The position numbers were made by a program, and so were the translations under genes. A DNA stretch of 64,000 nucleotides. Source: the human T2T-CHM13v2.0 reference genome, Homo sapiens. Below the pieces are notes generated by a model. The model ran no database searches, was not told the origin of the DNA, and was given only the letters and a program-made list of their open reading frames with translations. Numbering within the stretch: position 1 is the first letter of the stretch; the number at the start of each line of letters is the position of its first letter. Positions 12,340 through 27,779 of this stretch are shown here, in pieces. The stretch is taken from the NCBI RefSeq assembly GCF_009914755.1, contig NC_060937.1, one strand, 5' to 3'.

Positions 12340-14155
12340 AATTGGGGTCCTGACAGGAGAAAAAAAATTGGCAACTCAAATTGAGTATTTAGCAAGGATT
12401 AATTCAGAGACTACTTACAAATAGATGGATGAGGTGTAGCAAAACAAGATACAGTGAAATAGCAAGTCTGGTAAGAATGGGGTGCTTATATACTATAAGT
12501 ACTACTACTACTACTAAGGACAAAAGTGAGAGTGTGTCCGGAATTGATGGGTTCTTGGTCTCACTGACTTCAAGAATGAAGCCGCGTTCCCTCGCAGTGA
12601 GTGTTACAGCTCTTAAGGTGGCGCGTCTGGAGTCTGTCCCTTCTGATGTTCAGATGTGTTCAGAGTTTTTTCCTTCTGGTGGGTTCGTGGTCTCGCTGGC
12701 TCAGGAGTGAAGCTGCAGACTTCCGCGGTGAGTGTTACAGCTCTTAAGGTAGCGCGTCTGGAGTTGTTCATTCCTCCCGGTGGGCTCGTGGTCTTGCTGG
12801 GCTCACGAGTGAAGCTGCAGATCTTCGCGGTGAGTGTTACAGCTCATAAACGCAGCGTGGACCCAAAGAGTGAGCAGTAGCAAGATTTATTACAAAGAGC
12901 GAAAGAACAAAGTTTCCACAGTGTGGAAGGGGACCCGAGGGGGTTGCCAGTGCTGGCTCGGGCAGCCTGCTTTTATTCTCTTATCTGGCCCCACCCTTTT
13001 GTCAGGGCGCTGATTGGTGCCTTTACAATCCCTGAGCTAGATACAAAGGTTCTCCACGTCCCCATCAGATTAGTTAGATACAGAGTTTCCACACACAGGT
13101 TCTCCAAGGCCCCACCAGAGCAGCTAGATACAGGGTGTCGATTGGTGCATTCACAAACCTTGAGCTAAACACAGGGTGCTGATTGGTGTGTTTACAATTC
13201 CTGAGCTAGATATAAAGACTCTCCACGTCCCCACCAGACTCAGGAGCCCAGCTGGCTTCACCTAGTGGATCCCGCACTGGGGCTGCAGGTGGAGCTGCCT
13301 GCCAGTCCTGCGCCGTGCGCTCGCATTCCTCAGCCCTTGGGTGGTCGATGGGACTGGGCTCCCTGGAGCAGGGGGTGGCGCTCGTCGGGGAGGCTCCGGC
13401 CACACAGGAGCCCATGGAGTGGGTGGGAGGCTCAGGCATGGCGGGCTGCAGGTCTCGAGGCCGGCCCTGTGGGAAGGCAGCCAAGGCCCGGCGAGAAATC
13501 AAGCACAGCGCCGGTGGGCCAGCACTGCTGGGGGACTCAGTACACCCTCCGCAGCCACTGGCCCGGGTGCTAAGTCCCCCATTGCCCGGGGCCAGCAGGG
13601 CTGGCTGGCTGCTCCGAGTGCAGGGCACACCAAGCCCACGCCCACCCGGAACTCCAGCTGGCCCACAAGTGCTGCACACAGCCCCGGTTCCTGCTCGTGT
13701 CTCTCCCTCCACACCTCCCTGCAAGCTGAAGGAGTGGGCTCCGGCCTTGGCCAGCCCAGAAAGGGGCTCCCACAGTGCAGTGGGGGACTGAAGGGCTCCT
13801 CAAATGCCACCAAAGTGGGAGCCCAGGCAGGGGAGGTGCCGAGAGCAAGCGAGGGTTCTGAGGACTGCCAGCACGCTGTCACCTCTCAAGAGCACAGTCA
13901 CTTGGACCTGGAGACAGAGAGAGTTATGTTGAGAAATGCAATCAGACTACAATAACTCTAAATGGAGGGAACCAAGGTAATATATACGCCAACTTAACTC
14001 TTTTCCCTTCTCTAGAAATTCCGCTGGTATTGACCTTTGTATAAAACCATGAGGAAGCCTGAAGATAAATAAATCCTTGATATTGTTCATTTGGGTTGGC
14101 TTTGAAGGGCACAGAGCAAAGGGTGTCTCGGAGGGAACAGTGAAAATTAGCCAAC
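12340..14155 (-). mobile_element. LTR33-like ERVL LTR split by the LTR12C insertion (pieces ~12340-12532 and ~13889-14155)
   Basis: GGCAACTCAAATTGAGTA...GACTACTTACAAA on the left and GGAAGCCTGAAG...GGGCACAGAGCA on the right resemble antisense LTR33. Confidence 0.5.
12533..13888 (-). mobile_element. LTR12C (ERV9) solo LTR
   Basis: Termini TGTGTCCGGAATT...GCTGTCACCTCTCA; GGTGAGTGTTACAGCTC repeats; CCAAT/GATA repeats; GC-rich U3; perfect 4-bp TSD AGAG at 12529-12532 and 13889-13892. Confidence 0.97.
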
Positions 14156-14539
14156 TGAGGGCATTGTTGTCACATCCCGATATTGTTTGGTACATTTCTA
14201 CATTTTCACGGATAATTATGATATTAAGATAAAGCTTCTCTATCACTTAAAGGAGTTTCATTAATTGCTATTATTGTTACTAATTAACTATTTTAATTGA
14301 TCAGGAATAGATATTCACTTTTTTCAATTTCTTTGGGCTTATTCATTAATTTATGTCTCTTTTGAGGGCAAATTACAGACAAGCCCTTAACAGGTGCTCA
14401 ACTGACATTTGAAATTAATTCAGAATTAGTCCCTGCTTTCATGAAACTTCTGGAACTTTCATAAAGCAGACCAAATAAGGTAAAAAAAAATCAAACCAAT
14501 ACAAAAATGATTTTAAAATGATTTTAAAATTTTAAAAAA

Positions 14540-15125
14540 GTTCTACAAAGAAAATTTTAAAAAATGTGTTGCAATGGAGAACAATTTTGATAGAGAGTGA
14601 AGGAGGAGAGGAAGTGACAAGTTTTCATTAAAGAGCACGTTTAAGCTGAGATCTATGAGATGATTTAACAACAAAAACAGCTAGCATAGAACTAGCTAGA
14701 ACTGAAAAAAAGCATTTGATAAGTGTTATGCCAAAGGCTTCCAGGTGGGGAAAGATTTAAGACTGCAATCTGAGAAGTGAATAACACAAACTTGTGGTTT
14801 AATTTACCAGTTCCAAAAAAGAAGCTAATTTTGACCAGTTAAGTGAGTTCTAATCATGTGTACCCCAGAGCTAAGAAAATTAGATTTTATTCTACAAGCC
14901 ATGGAAAGCCATTAGCTCTTTATTTCTCAAAAACCTTTTATACATTTACTCAGGGAATAAAATTTAGCATTTTCTTTAAAATATATCTAGTACCAAATCA
15001 TATTTATGATCTCTACCATTACTATCTTCTTCCCAGAAAACATGACCTCAACAGCTTCATCATTGCCCTGCCCTTCACTTACACTCATACTATCCTCCAT
15101 ACAGCAGCCAGGGGCATCCCCCTAA
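14540..15125. mobile_element. L2 fragments (minus ~14540-14920, plus ~14920-15125)
   Basis: TTTAAGCTGAGATCT and CCATGGAAAGCCATT (antisense), then ATCCTCCATACAGCAGCCAGG (sense). Confidence 0.5.
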
Positions 15126-15380
15126 GAGTAGGAGGAAGAGTAATAGTAGTAGTTCAAGTCACAGTCCTCACTGTTCAAAACTTTAGACTCTACAGATAAA
15201 CAAGATGGGTGAGCAACTGCTTTTTTTTGCCCCTCACTAAAGTTGAAATTGTGATCATTTCATAAAACTGGTACACTTTTTTCCACCAATGTTTTTGAAA
15301 TGTTTAAATGGGTAGGTATTATGAACACTTTAAAAGTTCAGGCTCACTAAAAATTAAGCCCAACAGTTTTGAAGGATTAT

Positions 15381-15752
15381 TGATATCTCTGTGTCCCCAC
15401 CCAAATCTCATTTTGAATTGTAATATGAATTGTAATCCCCATGTGTTGGGGGAAGGACATCATGGGAGGTGTTTAGATCATAGGGGCATTTCCCCCATGC
15501 TGTTCTCATGACAGTGAGTGAGCTCTCACAAGATCCGATGGTTTTATAAGGGACTTTCCCCCTCTTCACTCTGCACTTCTCTCTCCTGCCATCATGTGAA
15601 GAAGGAGGAGTTTTTTCCCCTTCTGCCATGATTGTAAGTTTCCTGAGGCTTCCCCAACTATGTGGAACTGTGAGTCAATTAAACCTCTTTGCTTTATAAA
15701 TTGCCCCATCTTCAGTATTTTTTTCATAGCAGTGTGAGAACAAACTAATATA
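15381..15752 (+). mobile_element. THE1 (C/D-like) solo LTR
   Basis: TGATAT...TGTGTCCCCACCCAAATCTCA...GTGAGTCAATTAAACCTC...ACTAATA; flanks ATTAT/ATTCT. Confidence 0.92.
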
Positions 15753-15910
15753 ATTCTATATTAAAATATTTTAAATGTTCTTTAAGCTGTTGATCTATTC
15801 AGCTATTTATATTGTTCAATAACTTTTGGATTTACGGTTAATTGTTAACAATTGAAATGTAATTTTATTGCAATGCAGCTCAAGAATATGTCCTTTAAAA
15901 ATTGTTCTCA

Positions 15911-18020
<2,110 letters not shown>

Positions 18021-20189
18021 TATATTGTTTTCACTTTAATTTGGAATATCATTGCAGTCTTATTTCTTGAGTTTTATTGAGGAAAGAAATTATCTTCTAC
18101 TTAAATGCAAATATTTAAATAAATCATTTCATGTATTTCTGTATATAAATAATTTTAATATACATATAAATGTCATGGATTATATTATTTGAAGATTTAT
18201 CCTTATGCATTGTAAATTACTTCTTTCAAAGTCAGAGTAATTTATTAGTCTTTTTAAATGATTGTTTATGTTGATCTTCTTGTACTCATTATATACTTTG
18301 TCTTATTTAATTCCATGATTTATTACTAAAAGCAAAGAGCTTCATGACTATTATATAACTATTGAGGCTAGAAACTCAACATTGTGTCTCATGTAATTAG
18401 ACATCTTGAAATAATAGAACAGAATTTTGTCTTCTGAACTTATATCTCAGGGATTTTCTTAAAGATTTATTCTTAAATTCTTAAAAATTCTTAAAAATTG
18501 GTATATGATTCCAGTTGTACAAACAATTTGGTTAATTTCGTTGTGTGAATATCATTCATTTCTGGTTTTTCTTATTACTGTTGGCTTTATCTAATTATTA
18601 TATTGAAGTTCACATTTTATAAGCATTTTTTGATGGTGATGTTGAAAAGGAGATTTCTGCTGTAATATTGTCATATTTCCTATTCAGCTTTCCATGCATG
18701 CAATCTCATTTTTCATAGTCATAATTTTGATTCAATAGCATCACATAAAATATTTTTAAGTGAACCTAAATTATGGGTAAGGAATCAGGGAAGAGTAAAG
18801 AAAAGACCTATCAGTGATAATCAGCCTTCTAAATAGCCGTAATCATCATTTACCATTGTTCTCTCTCTCTGTTGTCTCTTAGTATAAAGCATATTCTATA
18901 GTGCAAAATATTTTTTAAAAAGGGATTTACTAGCCAGTCAAATCAATTTATTATTTATTTTTTATTTAATCAAATATCACTCTAAATTCAGAGAACTAAT
19001 ACTTTGAAAATATGTTTTGGACCCTATTCCCCACTTTCATCATAGCAATTACATCAACATAAACAACAATTAGATGGTTCAACATGCAGTAGACAAATTA
19101 CTGACTTCCATTAAAGTCAGTTTATGACCCTCTTGAGCAAGACATCTCTGCTGCAAACTACTGTGAGACCCAATTTGAGATTTAGCATTTTCCACTTCAA
19201 TTGTGCTGCACATTCCCCTAGGTAATTCTGTCTGTGCTACTTACATAAATCAAGATAATTCTGTGATATGGGTGTATATTACAGTTTTTTATGTGCTTAT
19301 TACTTGGAGGCTGATGCTTCTGAAACTTTTTCTTAACCACAATGTCAACTGGCAACTTGCCCTGAGGGTTTATTTTATTGAGAAGCAATGACTAGAGGCT
19401 GTATTTTATTCTTGTAGCCTCAGAAATGCATTTGTAAATTGATTAAACTGAAATGCATGTATCTTATAACTAGATAAGTAAAACGGATTCCTAGTGGACT
19501 CTTTCAGAATAGCCTTGGGCTTTTAGTTACACAGATTGGGCGAAATATATAAATATTAATTGGTGTATAAATTTGGATATCTTAAAAACAAAGCAAAATA
19601 AATTATGGTCGAAACACAAAAGGAGGCAACAGCCTTTAGGGAAATTAATCAGAGCACATTTTTTAGGATTTTTTACTTTTTTCATTCAAACCAGAAATGG
19701 GGACACTAACATTTTTGATAGCTAAAGAACTGCACCTGCATTGGAACTGTCATTCTACAATATGATGAATAAACTGATAAAAGGAACTTATTTAAGAACA
19801 TTTTTGTGCTCTGTACATGGTTTATACTCCCTATCTATATAATTATTTATGATTACCTGAGTATATTTTACAACATGCAAGCAAGCAAATACAAATAAAG
19901 GAAGAGTATGTAAGTTAAACTATATCTTCTCCATGAAATGTAGAGTACATACCAACAAGCAAGGAAACTGGGAAACAAGTAAAACTGGAATACAAGTATA
20001 CAACTGAGAGAATATAAATATGGGACAAATTTGCAGAAATCAACAAAAATGATTTGAATGAATAAACTTTATAGGGTAAAATTTTTATCTGTGGCACAAA
20101 AACAGATGAAAATAAACACTGTCAGCCACTGAGAGAGATTTGAGTTAACTTTGCTGCAAATATTGGTGGAAAGAATTGAAAGTATACAA

Positions 20190-20790
20190 AAGCAGATGAA
20201 TGATGAAAGAAAATGTGGCATATACATCCAACAGAATATTATTCACTCTTTAAAAAAAAAAGAAATTATGGCACTTGCCACAGCATTAATGAACCTGGAG
20301 GACAATATGCTAAGTAAAGTAAGCCAGACACAGAAAAATGAATAGTGGAGGATTCCATTTTAATGAGGCATCTAGCATAGTCAAACTCATAGAAGCAGAG
20401 AAACCAACAGTAGACAGTGGTTGCCAGATGTTGGGAGGTAAAGGAAATGGGGAATTGTTGTTTAATGGATACAAAGTCTCAAGTATGCTAGAGTCGTAAG
20501 TTCTAGAGGTCTGCAGTACCTACAATATATAGTTAATTATACAGTGTTGTGCACTTCAAAATTTGTCAAGAACATAGATCTCACATTGTGTTCTTACAAA
20601 GATGAGGGGGGATCACAAGAAAACTTTCGGAGGTGTTGGCTATTTCTATTACTTTGATTGTGGTAATGGCATCATAGATGTTTGCATAGGTTCAAACTTA
20701 TCAAATTGCAAACATTAAATATGTGTAGCTCTTTGTATTTCAGTTATACTTCAATAAGGCTGTAAGAAAAAAAAGAAAGAGAAGAAAAAA
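20190..20790 (+). mobile_element. L1MA/MB-type 3' end
   Basis: AAAATGTGGCATATACA...TGAACCTGGAGGACAATATGCTAAGT...AGTCAAACTCATAGAAGCAGAG...CAATAAGGCTG then A-rich tail. Confidence 0.85.
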
Positions 20791-22099
20791 ATAGGAATAA
20801 GAGAAATCAGAAGCCCAGAGGGAAATATTGCATGAAAAGCTGTTTTAACTCACCAAAGCATATATTCAACAATTTACACCAATAGAAGATATTTAGTAAT
20901 TGATAAAAGTGGTGCAAAAAAGACAAAATATATACAGGAAGATTCTGAAGGAAGCACTTTTCTAAAGTCAATATCTAAACTGAATAAGGATCCAAAACTA
21001 TTTTATGACATCATTGTCAATGTTTATTTTCAATTAAGCTTCTGACCATACAGCTTTGACAAGCACATATTTTTCAAAGTATTTTCTCTTTTGTCCTATG
21101 GGATTTGTTTAAATTTAATGAGACTTGTATGTATTTTCTCTTGCTGTTGAATGATTTTGAATTTTATTAACCAATGGCAATATAAATAGTAACATCTAAT
21201 CAGAATGGTCAATTTTATACGATTACTATTTTATTTGATTATTTTAAATATTCTAATGATTTTAATTTCTATTCTGGGGACAATTAAATGAAAATTATTT
21301 TAATGCAGATGTCTCACTATTTTATAAGGTTGCAAGGACATTGGAATATTCTGTAAATGCACACAACTCAATTTAAACGTTTTATAGATCTACAAAATCT
21401 GAAGGTCTGTATTGTCAAAGGCAGCTGTGTGCTATAGGCCTGGTTAAAGCACTTTTGAAACCACCAAAGCCACCTTCTTTTATGAAGTGATATGGTGCTA
21501 ATAAACATTAGAAAATATTTTGTGCCTGGATGTCAAGTACTAAGAAATGATAGTATGCCCTCAAATGTGTTCTTAATATTAGTTGACTGATAAAGTCACT
21601 GCAGTTGGCATTTATTGCCATGAACTATAGTACTTCACTTTATCACTCAGACTAGATCACAATGTTCCAACAGCTACAATCTGTTAACTCGCATCCAAAT
21701 AGCTAAAATGCCCTTAAAGGAAGCATTACCTGCCTCTGAAGGTTCCCTAGCATTTTAAGAGATTTCATAAACATTGGTGAAGTTCAATATCAGCTCTTGG
21801 ATTGATATTGAATTAATTGCGAAGTAGAGAATGAAAAATTTTCTCTCTTTTGCACAAGAAAGTAGGCCTTGTATCCTAAGATATTTAGGCATAAAAATTG
21901 TATGAATATTTCAGTAAAAATTATTATGTTCTGTTGGACTATCCTTTCAAACTACCAAAGCATAATATTCTTATTTCAATGAATAACAAAAATAAGTAAA
22001 CAATAAAACTCAGCGCTCAATCCCTCCTCTTCCACTTCACATTGAGAAAATATTAACTGTATATGATGCATATTGCCAAATATAATAATTTTCTGTGTC

Positions 22100-23050
22100 C
22101 ATTAAACTACACGTGTATAGAAGTTTAATTTCACAAACATGCCATTTATGATATATATTACCCTGCATTTTGCTTCTTTTAAATGCATATGTATGAATAA
22201 ATCTATTTTTTCTTTAATATCTGTATAGTACCAGATATTTGTGGATAATGCTATCATTTATTTAGCTATTCTTCTATTAATGAGTACTTAGGATGTTTTT
22301 ATTTTTGTCACTTCAATGAATTCTGCAGAAAATATGCTTAAATACATGTCTTTATATGTTAGAGATGTTTTTCCATATTTTTATTACAAGGTGAGATTGC
22401 TGAATCTAATGGAATATTTCAATTTTAGATTCTGCCAGATTATTTTCTAGAAGATCTTTGTAATTAGCACATTAATCAGAAATGTATGAGAGTCATCTTG
22501 ACCACTGTCACCAGCATTGATGTTACTAATCTTTTATCTATTTTCCCATGTGATCTATGGAAATTATTTACCATTGATTAGCTTTTCCCTGATAAATAAC
22601 ATGGTTGAACATATTTTCATATATAGTACTTATTGAACATTTAAAACGACAATCGCTCTTATTCTTTATATTCTTGTGATAGCCTTTATCATCTTTTCTA
22701 TTTGGTTATGGTCTTTTACTTATGAATTTGTAGTAACTATTGGTATTTTAAAATATCATTCCACTTCTTTTTTTCCTGAATATGTTTCAGACACTTTCTC
22801 CTAGTTACTCTATATTTTTCTGGCTTGTTCTCCCATTGGACATTTAAAATTTTTTACACTCCAAGAGTTATTGATTTTTTTTTCTTTCTCCCATTTTACA
22901 AAATATCATTCTAAACATTTTTTTTTAATTTGGATTTTACTCTTTACAGGATTTATTTTTACATATGGTATAAAATAGTGATCTGACTTGATTTTTATTC
23001 AGAAAGTTGGTTAATATTACCCACCTGATAAACAATTGTTAATTTAATTT
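22100..23050 (-). mobile_element. Ancient L1 (L1ME-like), decayed
   Basis: TTATTTAGCTATTCTTCTATTAATGAGTACTTAGGATGTTT and AATGTATGAGAGT antisense L1 motifs. Confidence 0.55.
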
Positions 23051-24759
23051 GTACATTTTCAACGTTTTGTATTCATGGACACAAATTAATTTCAACATGT
23101 GCATAATAACACGAGATAGATATGTTTTATTAGACACTATTTCATTTAGCATGTTATCATTTATTTGCATTCAGGGTTCCAGAGTACTGAAAATATTTAC
23201 TACTCAAAACTTCTGTAAATTACTAGCCACCTGTCATTCTGATTTGTGTTTGTTTTTGTATTTTCATTTGGGATAGAGGAAGGAGCAAAGTGTGTGAGAG
23301 TGGTGTGTGTGTGTGTGTTGATAGTGTTGATAGCTCTCAGTTTTTCTTTTTTCCTTTTGAACTGCCATAGATTCTAACCATGTGAAGGGTTATGCCCCAC
23401 TTAGATTTTTATCAGAAGGTTCTGTTTGCTAGTTTCTTTGTAACACTGTAAATATCTCCTGGCTACAGTAGCACAGATGATTTTTGATGAACCAGTTCAA
23501 GTATTCTCTGTGAAAGCTGTGAAATCCAATGTTAAAAGTTAGAAATTGGATTAGTTTGTCAGGAACTGGGGCTAATCCACCTTATATTTTTGATTGTTTT
23601 GTTTCGTTTTACAGTGATATTGGATATACAGAAGGATATTAATAGACATTTGCCTGGGCATGACCTGCTTCATTGTCAATAATAATCAGGAGGTACAACA
23701 TATATTGTTCTCTACTACGAAAACAAATACCTAACAAATGAAGAGAGAACAAAATAGAAAATTTATTACCTAATGATTTCAGTGACCATCACTTAATGCT
23801 TATTATCCAACATTTCTATTTTTATAACAATGAACTCACATGTTAGAATAATGTATATCCTCTCTGAAAAAAACTTTTGTATTTTTTATGTAATATTTTG
23901 TTAATTCTGAATTTTCTCATTTCTAGTGTAAATTTTATTTACCTAAAATTTTCCCTAAAGGCTATTTGTCTAAGTAGATGGTCAATTAATATGGATGCTA
24001 ACTATTAATAAGAACAAAGGAAAGAAGCTTGCCAAACATTCAACAAGTATTTATTGAACGTCCAAAATGTGCAAGATTCTTTGCGACATGCTAAGAGTTT
24101 CAGAGAAAATTTATAGGTAGAACAGTTATACTTCTGTTAACATTATATATAAATAAAAATAACTTGGAAGAAATTGACAATTAATTGTATGAATCATATT
24201 CAAGCCTTATATTTTAGATAATGAGTGGGTAGCAAGGCTGCTAATATGGTCATGCTATCCCTGGCAAATGCTGCTGCGTTCAGCGAAGCTGGTCAAACTT
24301 ACTGACAGTATATTTCATTAATTACCATAATCATAAAATTCTGCCTTCATAATGCAACTGCATTGTATATTTATAACTTGTCTGAATGTTTTAATTCCCT
24401 GATATCCATAGAGAAAAATACATAGTTATTCCAATTGAAGCAATTAAAGAAAATGATCTAAACGGCTAATCCATAATCAATATCCAAGTTTAAAATCCAA
24501 GTATTGAGTGTTCGACCTATGTCAATCTCAAGTGCTTGAATAAAAATGGGTTATCTATTATATAGAATGGTTTTATGCATTTGAAATAAATATATATTTT
24601 TAAAGTAAAAGATACATATTTAATGCAACAACGGAGGGAGACTGAGTTGTGAGAGAATTTGTATAGAACACAATATTCTAAAAAGCCAGCTATCCTAAAC
24701 TCATTTTCTTCTCACAATTATTTTTACATTTTGCTCAATCCTATTTATCAATATATCTA

Positions 24760-25725
24760 TGCATAAGACAATAAAACTCCATTGCAAGAATGTAAAGTGT
24801 ATTAATGTAAAAAAAGTGATTAATTTAACACAATATTCATCACAATGTAAATTGATATATTTAAAGAAAAAGCATATGATCATATTTTAAAACTTAGAAA
24901 AAAATACTCCTAATAAAAACTCATTTGTGATCAAAAGAAAAATTTACCTTAGCAAAAAGTAAGGTAAAAAATTTTGCTTTAGCAAAACAGGTTAAAAATT
25001 AATCTTTAATTGATTAAGGAAATGAAGCAAACATAACAATAAACAAACTCAAAGTGTCATTTAATTTACAGGTAATATTTCAGACATATTTTTAATAGAA
25101 TCAGAAATACAATGATACTCAGTAGCATAATTTCCCTTTAACTTTGAAGGGAGGGGATGGGTAGCAGATTCTGGCCAATTTTAATAAATCTGAAAAAATA
25201 AATGCATGGTACAAGAATTAAACAAATTTATTATTATCTATGAAGGACAGAAAAATCTTAGAGACTCTAGAAATTATTAGAAATAAAGCAGTTAACAGCA
25301 AAGTTCTTCAGCATAAATTAATATTTCAATGTCAGAATAATTTACAATTATGTTTAAGTGAGAGAGTTAATTTTGAAAGATTCCATATAAACCTAAAACT
25401 ATAAAGCACACAGGAATGAAGCTACTAAATGATATGTAAGACTTTTATTAAAAATTATGAAGTTATACTGAAGTACATGAAAGATCTAAATGAATGGAAA
25501 AACATGCCATATTCATAAACAGGACTGCTTAAAATTATGAAGATTCTTATTATTCAAAAATAAATATAAATTTATAACTTTCCATACAGAATATCAACAA
25601 CATTTTTACAGTACTGGACTAGCTGATTTGAAACTATATATGCAAAGGGACAGACTGTATGTGTACAAGTGTGAAGAATAGGCAAAGAAATATGGAAAAA
25701 GAAAAGGTGGCAAGAACTACTTTAT
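24760..25725 (+). mobile_element. Ancient L1 ORF2 fragment
   Basis: AAAAGCATATGATCAT and GATCTAAATGAATGGAAAAACATGCCATATTCAT resemble ORF2 motifs (DLNKWKDIPCSW). Confidence 0.6.
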
Positions 25726-27129
25726 AAAAGAGTGTACGCTAAAAAAAACAGGAAATCTCTTCAGAGAGAGATGCTAATATAACAAGCCGCCATGGGAGAA
25801 GAAGAAAATAAAAAAGAAGGGGGCTGTTCCCTTCGCATTTCAAGCTAAGTGGGGAGATTTCAGGTAGACTACGAGTTAAAAAAGCATTCTGTGTGGTTTG
25901 GGACTTATGGGGCCTGATATGTCATCCTCATTTGGGGAAGGGTAAAAAAAAAAGGCTATGGTTGGAACAGTTTGCTTACGAACTACATTCAGTTCTAGCT
26001 GTGCTGTAGTAGGGGTGGGGAAAGGATGCATATATGGTTACTTGAATCTGCAGAAGTAGTGGAACTCTAACAGAAGACCTGGATGGGTTCTCTAGAAGCC
26101 ATAAGTGGAGAAAAGTGTAAAGCAACCTTTTAGAGGACAGGCATCATTTGCCAAGGGGCTGTAGTAAGAAGCTGCCAAAAGAGAATCTTAAAGAAAAAAA
26201 AAAAAATAGCAGCTCTCCTAAAAAACAGGGTCCTTTTACCTCTTAAAGTCTGATTTTCAAAATGTTAGAAAAATATGAGTCAAACAAATGCAAAACAAAC
26301 ATTTGTCAAAGAGAAAGTAATTAATGAAGAAACCAATAAGATGGCATACCTAGTTCAAAGAATATTTAAACACATGAGGTTTGTAGACAATTTAATAAAG
26401 AAATATTCAAATAAGATTACCCTGTTATTTACAAAGCTGGCGGACTGTCTCTGGAACAACAGTTACCTCTTGGGTTATCATTTCTTATACAAAAATATAT
26501 AAATTAACATGGAACTTCACTAAGTGTGGAACTTAGTTTACAAAAGTCAATATTGAGTCAAAGTGCATTCCCTTGGATACTTATCAAATAAGCGTATTAA
26601 ACAATGCCCCCATATGATCTTTAAATGACATATTGCCCATCTTTTAGCATTGGTTTCAAGTTTGGGAAAATTTTTCTTTACACAGCCTCATTTTAAACTC
26701 CCTTCATTCTAACCAACCTCCAGGATTAAAAACATCACCCTGATGACATGATCCACTTTCCATGGCACGCTTCCAAGCCTGAAGCCAACCGTAAAGGGAA
26801 GAAAGGCAGACAGTGTAATCTGAACAACATTCAAGGCTTTTACAAGTATACTGGATTATATATTTCAGTTGTTAAAAGGAGACTGATTTTGAGAATGAAA
26901 GGGAAACAAAACATTATGGAACTGGTCTTAGATTTCCACCCAAGGTCAGATTGAAAAAACAATGGGAGAAAGAGCAGATTGCTTCAAGAATGCAACTGTG
27001 TTCAGCTTCTCTGATATTTATATTTTTCATAACAAAAAATTATAAATAATAGTAATCCGTAGGAGTATTAACAAGTACATTCTGATATAATTGTGCGATT
27101 AAAACACACTACATGATTGAAATTAATTA

Positions 27130-27400
27130 ATTGTAAATTCAATGTGGTATCCTGGAATGAATCCTGGAACAGAAAAGGTGTGTTAGTGAAGAATATAATA
27201 ATAAAATCCAAATAAATTCTGAAGTTTAGTGAATAGTAATATATCTATGTTGGTGTATTGGTTTTGACAAATGTACCATGGTAATGTGAGATGTTAATAT
27301 TAAGAGGAAAGGGCAAGAAGGTTATGGACACTAGGTGAATTATCTTTGCTACTTTCTTATAATACTAAAATTATTCCAAAATAAAAAAGTTATTAAAAAC
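27130..27400 (+). mobile_element. L1MC/MD-type 3' UTR
   Basis: AATGTGGTATCCTGGAATGAATCCTGGAACAGAAAA...TTTTGACAAATGTACCATGGTAATGTGAGATGTTAA...AAATTATTCCAAAATAAAA. Confidence 0.75.
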
Positions 27401-27779
27401 ATCAATTAAATTAAAACTAAATTTATCAATAAAGATAAATCACAAAATGTGTCTTTGAGGAAAACTATATATGTATTGCTTTCACTTTTTTGCTCATCTT
27501 TAACTGGCCAACATATTCAGATACTTAGTTCACAGATATTTAAACTTAAAAATATCAGAACATCACATGCTCCTTATGAGAAGAAAATGTATTTTTTTCT
27601 ATAACTACTCATTGATATACCCTTGTTTGTAAAGTGAGAGGACTATAAGAAATAATATCGATAACACTTAAAGAACATGAATAATTAATACATGATATTT
27701 TTACATATTTCAAAGTTAACATACATTATTTTATCTGGTTCTTGCAGTAGTCACTTCAAGCAAGCAAAAAAGTATACTA

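Noticed and set aside
13206-13955. Cluster of overlapping 100-200 aa ORFs
   Set aside because: All lie in the GC-rich U3 of LTR12C, where stop codons are rare; no recognisable domain
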